Source of the DNA: Zygnema circumcarinatum SAG 698-1b
Taxonomy: Eukaryota > Plantae > Zygnematophyceae
Length of the DNA: 64,000 nucleotides
NCBI GenBank assembly: GCA_037447605.1
Contig: CM074805.1
Location: forward strand, 2,203,361-2,267,360
Direction: 5' to 3'
How positions within the stretch are numbered: the stretch's first letter is position 1; each line of letters opens with the position of its first letter. Under the pieces are notes generated by a model that saw nothing but the letters and a program-made list of their open reading frames with translations, ran no database searches and was not told the origin of the DNA. A program made the translations under genes and the position numbers. This document shows positions 11,308-22,900 of the stretch, in pieces.

Positions 11308-12153
11308 TCATAGTCTATTAATTTCTTGAACAGGTGGTAAGCTTTGCGGATCATGGTGGTGGTGTTCTGTCTCCCCAGGGACCGGCGATCCAACAGCATG
11401 CTCTGAATACCTTTTCAAGAAATGGTCGCAGCCATGATGTACTTCCTCATCATCGTCGGGATTATGGGCAGGCACTTCAGGAGGGGGTGGAACTTCAAGC
11501 CCGGCGATAACCTCTACCATTCCAAACTTCAACTGGCGAGCTTCTTGGCAGAGGGCACATGGATGGTACCAGCGGTGGGCAGACATGTCGTCAGTGGGCT
11601 CTTCCCTCAGATGAAACTTCTCTCTCAGTGTGGCTCTCTGCCTCTCTCCCAAGGCTGGCACTCCGGTGCAAGAATAGGCGAGCGGCCCCAGGAGGAACTG
11701 CAGAGGGCAGCCAATGCAGCCTCCAAGGCAGATATGCTTCAGGCATGCACCTGCAGGATTCCAAGGAAAGTGTTCAAACTCAGGCAAAGAAAAACGAGTT
11801 GCGTATGTGATTTCATCATCATTCAGTCAGAGAAATGCATTGCGTAGAATTTTTAGACGGACGACCCGTAATCGACTCGTACTTGTTTGAATGGAGTTTT
11901 AGTCCCAATTAACTTTATTCCCAACAAGCTTCAATGCTGTTTTTCTTGATCCTGCTTGCTCACTCGCTGTTTCTTCCTGACCGCCACTGAGGTCATGCGC
12001 GTTCTGCCCGTAGAGCAGGCAGGGGCAGCAGAGGCCTTCGCAGCATATCAGCCAGTTGCTGTACCAGCCCTGTAGATCCGTCGTCCAGCCATACTGCTGC
12101 TGCGGCGGTCCCTCCGGCCCTGCAGGACTGCGCTGCTCCCGTGCCCTATCCAT
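11308..12153 (-). CDS. PLAC8 family (PCR/FWL-like) Cys-rich membrane protein A
   Basis: Exons 12153-11964 and 11750-11308 (phase 1 intron). Motifs [39 protein letters not shown]. Confidence 0.88.
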
Positions 12154-12954
12154 GGCAGCGGACGCCCACCTCCTGCAGCGCCAAAAGGGCCCCTCCCCAC
12201 CCCTGCATGGCCGCCGTTCGGCGCATGCGCGCCACGAACCACGTGGCGGGCGGAGGGAACAGAAGCCTCGAGGGAGCAGAGACCACAACTAAGCAGAACG
12301 AGAGAACGGAATTGCTCTCAAGATTTGACCACTCTAACTTCACTCAACACTTTAAAATTTTGGTCAAAGCTTATGTCTAAATTTGAGTCATGACCTTATG
12401 GAATTTGTTGAGGAAGAGATGGAGTCGCAACTCAAGGAGTATGCGAAAGGAGGATAAAGAAGGGCTAATGAACGAGACGGATTGGGCTTCCATTGTACAC
12501 GAGTTGGGCTGTAATTGGATTCATCGGATTCCAGAGATTGTTTGTGGACTGGTGTATGCATCCCCAACAAGCATTAAGTGACATTCGTAGTCCTTCCAGA
12601 CCTCTCTGCCTACGGAGGTGAAAATAATGCAAGCCGGTGGAAAAATAGGGTACATTTTCTCTTTTTTTAGAACAAAAACCATTCATAGAATGTTCAACAA
12701 AGCGCGAAGCCTTATTCCTTTATGATACATGTGGCTGCAGTTTTGAAGATATACGATAAAAACCCTGAGCCCTAAACCATACCCCCCTCCTCTCTCTTAA
12801 TCTCTCAAAATTTCAGCTTCAGCATTTACTATCATTGTCACACTCCCTAGCCACCTCCCCCTTAGCATAAAAGACCCACATCTTAGCATGACACCCCCGC
12901 TGTCAAGAGACAATTTCTCGACCTTTTCCCCTAACACCCGCCTCGCATATCTCC

Positions 12955-13974
12955 CTAACGATAGGTTTCCATACGCTGCCCCGCCGGAGGGATCCCTGCT
13001 GCAACCCCCTGTTGTTCCTGGAACCCTGCAGGTTCCACAACCCTAAATGTGTTGTCCACCACCACCCCCCCCGGAGGAGCAGTCGAAATCGGAAGACCGA
13101 CGGCGTCGGTCGGAGGGCCCAACTTGAGCTGGCGAGCCTCTTGGCAGAGGGCGCAAGGATGGCACCAGCAGTGTGTGCAAAAGTCTGAGCAGGGCTGCTC
13201 CTTCAGCCCGTACTTGAAACGCAGAAGGCGGCGATGGCGAGCACCAAGGCAGGGATCGCAGGTGAACCAGTAGGCCAAGGGGCCCAGGATGAAGTGCAGG
13301 GGGCAGCCGTACCAAGAACCGAGCATGCAGTGCGTGAGGCATCCAGCTGTACACACAACACCGGGGTGAAGTGAAGCGTGAGGAACACGAAAGAGAGACA
13401 CAATTCCCGGAGGAGCAGCTAGTTACAGAGAAAAAATACGTAGTTATAACTGAAATGCGTACAAAAAGCGAGTTGTAACATGCTACATGACGTGGTACAT
13501 GCATTCAAACGATGACCCATGGCTGAGAGAATGCTCCTGATTGTCAGAGCACCGATTGTAAGTTGATTTCTGCGCTTCACACCAAGTGAACAGAAAGAGG
13601 AACGAGACTTGCAAGCATGAAGAGCAACAAGAAAAAAAAAGATAGAAGAAAGAACCAAGAAATAAAAATCAGGGCAATACACGATAGGAAAAAGCTCATG
13701 CAGACTACTCCCTAAGAAGATCGAAAATTCTTTCAAAACAAACTACCAGCCGTCCATTACGGTTTATTGTGCTACCTTTTGAACTGTCATGGCCGTTTCC
13801 TGTGTTCTCAATGTTGTGTCCAAAAAGATCACAGGGGCACCAAAGCCCTTTGCAAAAAACCGGGAAGTCACTGAAGCAGCCGCATATGCCTGTGCTCCAA
13901 TCATTTATTGGTGGCAACTTTTTTGCTCGAAGGCCCTGAACAGGCGAAGCTCCAACTCGTCGACCAGCCTCCAT
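12955..13974 (-). CDS. PLAC8 family Cys-rich membrane protein B (tandem paralogue)
   Basis: Exons 13974-13776 and 13346-12955 (same phase 1 intron). Motifs [39 protein letters not shown]. Confidence 0.9.
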
Positions 13975-14626
13975 GGCAGAAAGCAAATCAACGGCGAATG
14001 AGATATAATAGTTCGGTCACCTGCAAAGCGTCAAGGGTATCAATAAACATGAAACCTGCAACATGCCAACTCTGTCTGAGACATATATTCAAAGTGGTCT
14101 GCAACAATGTAGCACAAGCCGGAGGGATAGGTGCACCTGCTTTTTTAAAGTACGCTATGGAAAATTGTTTGAACCAACTTGCTTTACAAGATCAATATAA
14201 CAGCAAGTGCCATCTCCTGCCCACTCGCTAAAATAGCTCTATTCCTGTACCTAGACGCCTTGAACAGCCAAATCCTCGCTCGATGCATGTGAAGCGTAAT
14301 TTATAAGAGGATTTCAGTTAACGAAAAACTTGGCATGCCAATGAAAACTTTTGAAACCTCCGAATACCACCATCCAGCTTTTTCACAACACACGTCCTCT
14401 ATAACTAGCACGACTCTGAATAGAGATCCAAAATCATCATCTCTGGATCGAATGTGCCAGGAACGGGAACCATTACGTATAATAATAATCAACAGGGAGT
14501 CTAGAAAATAGGAGTTTGTCGACTATGGTCTGACCTCTTCCAACAAAAAGGCGTGTTTGCCTTCCTTGCCCTTCAACTTGACCTCCCTCCCAAGCAGCGC
14601 AGCTGCAGCTCGCATGCGGCAGCCGG

Positions 14627-14662
<36 letters not shown>

Positions 14663-15523
14663 AGAGCGAGCACGAGGACGAGGAGGAGAGCGCGGGGCAG
14701 CTTCTCTCTCTCTCTCTCACTCTCTCCCTCCCTCCCTCCTGCAAGCCCCGCCGAGCTTCCACGCGGCGGCGCCTGCCTGCCTGTGTACGTGGCGCCCGCC
14801 GTGGGAGACACGTAGCGATGACGTGGCCGCGAGCTCCCTCGCACGCGCGAGGTTGGCCCTCGCGGGCGCTGGCGGTCAAACGGCGTCCGCCAACGGGATC
14901 AAGCCACGTGGCGATTGCCTCCTGCCTATGTGGCGCCAATCTCGTTCCATGTCAATGCTACTGCGTCGCTGTCTCAGTTTCAGCTACGCTGCTGAGTCCG
15001 TCCGTGCTCCTCACGCTGTTCTCTGACAATCTGCACTGCGGCGCGTAGTTCTCGTGCAGTCATGCTCGCTGTTCAGTGTGTGGCGACGGTCAGTTTCCCC
15101 GCGATAACTCGACACGGAACAGCGCATGGAACCGTTGCCTGCGAATCGCTGCCCGCGATGTCCGAAGTCCAGCGGGCGGCGGCATCCCAACGGTCGGATT
15201 CTCTGCCCGCTCGCCCGAGTGGCTGCCCGGCCCGGTCCCGTTCGCCCTCGAACTTCGCCGCCGGACGGACTCCGGTGCAATATTCGAAACAGACCGCCGG
15301 CCCTGCCTCGCTCGGCGCTGGGCCGCTGGCAAGGGCAAACTCCGATAGCGCACCGTACCGTACCGCATCCCCAAGTTCCAGCCGCAGCTGGAACGGGAAA
15401 AACGTTGCCAATCCCGCCAGTTGCGCCTCGCGGTCGCAACACCCCACGGGGAAACACGGGCCTCCGGGCGGTGACTGGCGAGCTGGATGGACCTGCTTTC
15501 CTGAACTCAGTGAACTGGGGGAG

Positions 15524-15643
15524 GATGTGGCATGATCTCACGATGGCGATGGGGTGAATGTGTGGCATGATCTCACGATGGCGATGCCATCAAATGTACA
15601 TGGAAAAAATCATCATGGGGAACCACGAGGAACTGATCGCAAG
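15524..15643 (+). repeat. Dispersed repeat family X, copy 2 (5' ~27 bp duplicated in tandem)
   Basis: Near-identical to 5689-5775. Confidence 0.85.
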
Positions 15644-15658
15644 CATTAAATAAACTCG

Positions 15659-15689
15659 TTTCTCACTTTCAACCTGTTCGGTTTTACGG
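15659..15689. mobile_element. Solo right terminus of the 4758-5318 MITE family
   Basis: TTTCTCACTTTCAACCTGTTCGGTTTTACGG followed by TA. The terminal 21 nt are the exact reverse complement of the left TIR start. Confidence 0.75.
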
Positions 15690-16319
15690 TAGCGCATGGC
15701 CATGGGCTGGGATAGCTGCTCCAACAAGCTCTCTCTCGCACATTATAACTATCCATCCGTTGGCCGGCCGGTCCCCGCTCCTCGTGCTTCCCTCCGATCC
15801 GACAACAATATCCTCGCGCGCCGAACCAAACAAACAGACCCGCCGTCCGTACCGCGTACGGCACTTCACTCGCTAAAGGCCGCCCGCCGCCAAATATCTA
15901 TCTGCGCAGCGTCCACTGACGTCATCATCCTTGTCCGATATTCCTAAATCCTTCCCTTACCGTACCGTACGGTCATACCTTTTCCCCGCCGCCCCGCCGC
16001 CCCCTGCACTTTATGGGCGGTTACGCGCACAGCGGCGTCCGGCCAAAGCCCTGTCCCCGGCAGGGGCCCGCCCGCCCGCCCATCCGACGGCCCTCCGGCC
16101 CCCCCGCCCGCCGCCGCATCCTCACGCGATCCCCGGCCGCCGCCCCCACAGGCTGGCGCCCTCCGCCCGCGTGGGCCCGGCCCTCCGCGGCCGCTGCGGC
16201 CTTCAATGCGCCCCCGGGGGAGGAGGGGCGGTGGGACCGCAAGGGGGGGGGGGGAAGAGCATAGCGCGGGAGGGAGGGAGGACCGTGGGGAAAGCGTGTG
16301 CTGCCGGAGCTCGGAAGCC

Positions 16320-17781
16320 ATGGCGGCCATGACTCCTGAAGGGGCCGCGCTCATCAAGGAGATGTGGGAGAAGCGGATTTCTCTGGACGTGGACCATTAT
16401 GGGGTCGACTTTTTTCTCGCGTGCGTGATTTGTAACGGGGATGGGCTAGAGGGAGGGCGATGCTGCTTGCGGCTTGGAGACAAGGAGAGTGGGAGGGGGC
16501 TTAAGGGGCGGGGGGACGTAGCGTAGGGAGAGGCTGCAGAACTGGACAGCGGGATGGACTGTGTAGACACGGGTTTGGCTGGGTCCAAACTGGCGCCAAG
16601 GCTGCATGTCGGGGATCTGCGGATGCGTCATTGCTGCATGAAGCCTTATTAGCTGAACAATCGCTGCAGGATGCACTTTTAGGCATGAAAAGGGGTCAGC
16701 CATGCCCGAGGAACAGCTGAGAGGTCGGACGAGGGGGACTGTTCACGAAATGCTTTGCTTTGAAAGGGAAAAAACTCCTGAAAAGAGCAGCTTTTCCACA
16801 TTCCCATGCATGATTTTTGACCCGTTGTGTTAACACATGTTGAATATCGTATGGTGATACGGATGAAACTGCTCACCTGCTGTTATCCGCCTGTGCGTCT
16901 TCAGCATTTTCGCGCGGGCCCCGCACGTGAAGTACATGTTCTCTTTCATTCAAGAAAACCCCACCGAAGCTGATCTGCGAAAGAACTACTTCCTTCAAAA
17001 GCACTCCAGCGCTGCCATGCAATACGTAAGCGCCTCAGAATCCTGCACGTGTCAAGTTTTCGTTACTGGTAATATAGGAAGGACAAATGGCTGATGCATG
17101 TAGAGATGTTGTAAGTCGGGGAGAAAGATATCCTCTTGTCGGAGGCAGTACTTGTGAACACTGCCGATATGACGTGATTCAGGCGGGCGAGTGCATGTCG
17201 CTATTCGGTGACAAAGCGGGAACAGTGGAAGCATTTGCTCGACTGCGCAAGCTCGGCAAAATGCACTCCAAGTACGCGGTGGTTGAGGCGGGCTTTCCGG
17301 TAAGGGACCAGCCTTTTTGTGTGGAAAGGATGTGTGTAGACCTCCTGGTTCAGTAGATGATGATAGTGCGGTCAGAGGCGTGAGCAAATGTTCCTCTGCA
17401 TTTACTGTCAGCTACAAAACGACCTTCTTTCATATGCTTTGGCTGAGAGCTTGATGCTCAAAATGTGCTCAACATTCTCTGGGTCAAATGGATGGGTTTG
17501 ATAACCTTTTGCAGGTGGTGAAGGATTCCCTGCTGGAAGTGCTGAGAAAGAACCTCGGTGATGAGTTGAAGCCAGACACTGAGGCTGCCTTTGCAATAGG
17601 CATTGAAATTGCGGTCAAGGAGATGAAGGCAGGGCTTCAGGAGGGTTACTCAAGGAGGCACAGACGATCTGGTATAAGTCTATAGAGAAAAAAAAGATTC
17701 TAACTTGAGGAGGTTCAATGTATAATACTGATTCTTTATTATGCTTCAGCGCCAAGGGGAGTTCTCCTGGATGATGAGTAG
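16320..17781 (+). CDS. 3/3 phytoglobin (non-symbiotic haemoglobin)
   Basis: Exons 16320-16420, 16905-17025, 17183-17299, 17515-17671 and a probable 17750-17781 (alternative stop at 17685). GVDFFLAIFARAP..MFSF (B10/CD1 Phe), LQKH (distal E7 His), LGKMH (proximal F8 His). First three introns fall at plant B12.2/E15.0/G7.0-like positions. Confidence 0.85.
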
Positions 17782-19937
17782 AAAGCCTGAGTGGATCTAT
17801 AGAAAGTGGAGAGAGGTAGTACGGTTACTGGAAGCAATCAGGGGTAATGCATGGTTTGTAATGTTTCGCTTGGAGTCGTTTGGCGCTTAAGCCACCAGGG
17901 GCAGAAGACAGTATGATTCCAGAAGTACTGAAAGTTGGGACACCAGAAGTCCGTATGGCTTCTCGGGAGGTTTTAGAGTCTGATATCGTCAATGGAGTTG
18001 ATACTTACTGGGGTGTGCCTCCAACAGAGTAAATGATTGGGGCGCCCTAACAGCTCTATTTTTAGCTTTCCACGTGGAAATGAATATCTAGGCCATCGCA
18101 CTCAGTTAAGGTTTTTCTTCCTAAGCTACAGGAATTGCTTGTTGGCGCTCCGTCCCGCTGAGGATGGAACCAAACTCGTCATCTCTGGCTTCGCCTGTAT
18201 GTATCGATGTCATGCGAATTCCGCATGCGCTTTTGCAGATTCCATTTTGCGCTATTGCATCCGCTATGGTGATGAATAGGTTTCGGAGGTGAAGGTCGCG
18301 GTTCCTTCATGTCATGAATGTTTCTGAAACCGTTCTTGACATTGAGTCCTGTACCAAATTTCTAGCCAATCATCTCTTTCCGAAAGTTTGGTGTTTTTGT
18401 TCATTCCCCTTCAAGGTCCCGAGCATGTTCGCTATGAGCCTATGAGCCAAGCCTTGAAAAGAGACGACGTCAACTGTATAACAAAAATAGTAGCAGTTCC
18501 TTGTGATTCTGTGCATTACTACTTCACGGGTAGTCTAATTGGGGCATTCGAAAATTGGCTGTGAATATGTTGTGTCCATGACCACTGTGCATACATTGTC
18601 TGCATCGTGCTTCTCTCCTCGTCGAGACAGGTCTTGGTCTTGGCCACCTTGTCCTCTGTAGCTGGACTGAATTCGTCACGAAGCCTTAAGCGCTGGCTTT
18701 TGGGATCTTTGCAAGAGCCCGATCTATGAATGGCTGTGGATGAAAACTGTGAAGTCCGAGTGAGCGCATACCCAACAAACGCCGTGGCACGGTTAAGCCT
18801 TTGGGTGCTGGCTGATGACAACCATCGGAGCAAGGCGAGGCAAGGTTCGACAAGGCAACAGTGCCAAAAAATATTCGCGAGCGCATTTTTTCTTCTGTTT
18901 CTTCCGCAGTGCAATCATTTACTGTCAGCAGTGGAAGGGACTTCAATGAAAGTGAGCAGTTTTCCCTCCACCCCATATCCATCATGAAGGCATGCGACGA
19001 GAGTCCGCGCAATACAATTTCGTATTGAGAGGCAGCACTCCGACGCAAACAGGTGCCTTGTCAAACGTCTCACTGATTGCAGTCAAGGAAGTGAATCAGA
19101 CTTGTCTACAAAAGCGAGGCAATACATGCAGTGCGGAGGAGAATGGAAGACATACAGAAGTTAGGTGATAAAACTTCCGGAAAGGACGAACGTGACACAA
19201 GAGCAGTCGAGTTTTTTAAAATAATAGCTTAAATATAGGTGAGAATGAATTCGAGCAGGGAAGAGACAATGAGCAAGGGATACAGAGTAGCGGAATAGGA
19301 TCGGATCCTTACGTCCCTATCAAATAGGATCGGAAATTGGAAAATTGTTCGCGCTAGAAGTTGAGAATTGGGGAAGAATTCTGTTAATAAACTCACCTCC
19401 ATCTGCGGAATCACGCCCTTTTCCACAACGAATTGCAACAAGTCCCGCACATCAGAAGGACCATAAAAAAATTGGCAAGACCTACTCTAAACCTTACACA
19501 CGAAAAAAGGCAGGCAACCCTTCAGGCCCATTCATCACATTTTCTGAAAATCCAACGACAGCTTAATTTGAATCATCTCTGCCGTGTCTAAACCAGCAAC
19601 CTGAAAAAGAGGGCTCCACTGGCATGTATTTCATGCAAGATAACACATCGTGGTTTACCGTCGGTGAGTTCTGTTAACATTTGCGGTCCTCAATGTCTCA
19701 AAGTTCCTCTCTTTTTGTGGTTTATTATTGTCGTAGCCAAGCTGTCCACATGAACCAAAATGTTTAGAGATGCTTGACAGAAACCACCAATGCAACCTTA
19801 ACTTCTTTTCATAGCATTCAGACAGTCGTGAAAATGTGACAGTTGCACAGGCGATTGGAGCATATCATTGCGATTTCAATAATCGTGCCAATCCATTCTG
19901 AAAAGTCCGCAGCATGTCATTGCTTAGAAAACTATTG

Positions 19938-22900
19938 TCAGATTCCAGCCTCCTTTAGCAGCAGCGCTGTGCATGGTCGAATGCCGCCCTTATCAGTGCC
20001 TCCATGGAGCACTGCCTGCGGCACAACATCTCTCAGGATAGCCGCAGGGTCGCGTGCGCCCCCGTAACGTAAGAGCTTGGTACGAAGCCGCTCTCCCGCC
20101 TCAAAGTTAAGAGGGTCTTCGGCAAAGTGCGTGTCCCATATGTAAGCCGCAAAACACTTGGCATATAAGTAGCTGTAATAACCTGCATATTTCCGAAAGC
20201 GCTAAAGGTCACGAGTGTGATGGAATTTGAATCTTCAAGTGAAGGGGAGGGGAGGGGCGGGGGCGCTCTGAAAGCTTCAGGAACGGTCACACTCACCTGC
20301 GCCATAATTCACAAAATGTGCAAACCGAGTTTGCCAATGAGTGCCCTCCACGTGGCGCTGTTGGGAGTGTCTGCTCTGTATCCTCGCAATGACAGCTGTC
20401 GTGTCCCCCTCTAATGTTTGCCGTCCAAAAAGGGTCAGGTCAGATAGAGCATAAATCACCTGTCCGTATCAATTCCCTTGTAGCACCCACAAGAAAAAGT
20501 CGTCGTCATTCATGCTGCCATGACCACATTCAAATTTGAAGAGCTTTTTATAGACAGATTCGAAATGCTGAGCACCTTTCCTACTTTCATTCAGGTGTAA
20601 TGATCTCTTGAAAGCGTTGGAATTGGACTACAGCTTTGATGCTGCGTATCTATGTTTGCAACAACACCACCTTGCTAACGTGAAACGCGTGACAACACAG
20701 CCGCAGCTTTGTGCCGCTTGGTGTTTCCCTACCGATAGAAAGGACGTTTCAAAAGAGAGCTAAAGAAGCCAAAAGAGTGATTTAGGTAGAAACGTTCTTG
20801 ATACGTTTTCCGGTTTTCACCAGCAGCCTACCATAGTGAGTACAAGTGGGCATTAGTAGTTTGCCTTCCCAAGGACATCACTAAACTTGCAACTTTCTAT
20901 CTCCTACTCCTTGCCGGCACTGCTATCTTTCCTGGCGAAGGCGACACTGTTCACATGTCTTGCAGAGGGAAACGGAGGGAAACAGTAGTGAGGGAGGTAT
21001 GCCGCCCACCTGGTTCTGAAGGTCCCGGGCAGCAAACATGGATTTTGCATGATGCAGGCCGTCCACGATTTTCTTGGGAATGACTTCATTGGTGGAATAG
21101 TGCCGTGCGAATTCTCGGAGGACTCGATAATCCCCAGCAAAATATCTGCCAGCCCCAAAAAAGTAGAAAGTCCAGCAAAACTGAATCCATGATGCATATT
21201 CATCCATCGTAACGGAGGCCAAGGAATGAATCTACTTGACTTCGGCTCACGCCATTCCCTTCTGAGCACCATCTTGATTTGGAGAAACCGATCTTAACAC
21301 ATCAATCCTTTCATTTTCTCTCTTCTCCTAAATCCACTTTCTATAGCGCTCCATTAAGGTGCTTTCCAACTTCAAAAATCTTGAATGGTTTTTAGGGAAG
21401 AGGAATATATTCGTACTCGAGGAGATTTGAAGGGCTCTCCACAAAGTCAAGAGCTGCCCGTGTTCCTGACAAGTGTTGGTGAGCCTGCACCCCCTTCACA
21501 TCACCCATGAAAATTCGAAAATACCTAACAGAACAAACTTGCTAGCATCAAGCTTGCTGTGTGTCCTTAAGGCTCGAATGAAGCGCTCTTCATCACCGAA
21601 AAGTCAAAAAACTAGATACGTAAGTTTCTTTCTTCCCAACAGGTCAAACTAACTGGTTAATAGTAGCGCGTATCGATTGAGGCAGCGAACAGTTACAATG
21701 TGCAGTATGAGCCCACTAGGCCTCCCAAAGTCGCCTTCTCCAGTCTTAGACACCAATACAATCAGTTACAAGCACACGAGGCCAAGAATAAAGGTGGCTG
21801 AAGGTTTAACCCAACGCTTAGGATAAGCATCAGATAGTCGCCAGCCAGCAAAACTCACGACGAGTGTCCAACCAATTCTTCTATGATTGTGCACGCATAA
21901 CAATGAATCGATCCACAAAGCCTATAACTCGGCAACCCTTAAAAAAATGATCCTGCAGCCTAGAAGCATCCTCCTTGTAGCTGATTACATTCGACGACTC
22001 GTCCTCAGCATCATTGAGTTGCGCGACATTCCACCACTATGTTTAATAGAGAAGGAATGTTATAGCAGACTGCCTTCTCCGCAGAGGGATAGGGGCTTTA
22101 CCGTGCGGGAGAGCAGCGAGTGAAGAGCGTGACCGAACTCGTGGAAGAGCGTCTCCACATCGCTGTGCGAGAGGAGACACGGGGCAGCACCCTGAGCTTT
22201 GGGGAAACTGCAGACGAGTGCAACCACCTGCCCGCAAGAACAGCAAGAAGAAGAAGAAGAAGGAAGCAAAGAGAAGCTTCAGAGACGAGTTTTCAACAGC
22301 CTAAAGAAGACGTGTACAGCAAGGAAACAACCCGAGGTGCCCACATGGCATTGTTGGGAAAAGGCACTGAAGTGGCAGTTGAAGTACAGCTTCATGAAAA
22401 GTGCTATTGATTCCTGTGTGGGCATAGGGCCCCTGCTGCAACTTACTGGCAGTTGGTATGATCCATCGGAAAGGAGACGCCCACACTTGAGTGTGAAATG
22501 CGCTGCGTGCGCATACTTACGTGGCCGCGGGTACATATCCAGATATATGTGACCCAGTTCCCCCTGCAGCACCCACCAATTGTGAGCTGAGCAACATGAA
22601 GCAGGCACGCATGCTGACAAAAAGCAATCAGGCAGCGGAGAGTGCACCATACCAGCAGGCGTGAGGGGGCTCACTGCAAGCATCCATCCATCTGCTTAAC
22701 GAGGATCTTACCTTAGTCTCTTACGATGAATTAAAATGCCAAAACGTAGTAAGGGCTGAATTGAGTTTAGGTTTTGTTATGAATTATCGCTTATCCGTAA
22801 ACCCCAGTCAATGCATTCGTCACGTCCACCGTCAGTGCAAGGGAAGCCCTGCGCCCACTACCTCTGAGTGGTGCAGGAGAGTGCACTTCTTCACGTGCGG

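Noticed and set aside
12390-12581. Possible frameshifted coding relic between the PLAC8 genes
   Set aside because: Too short and no family recognised.
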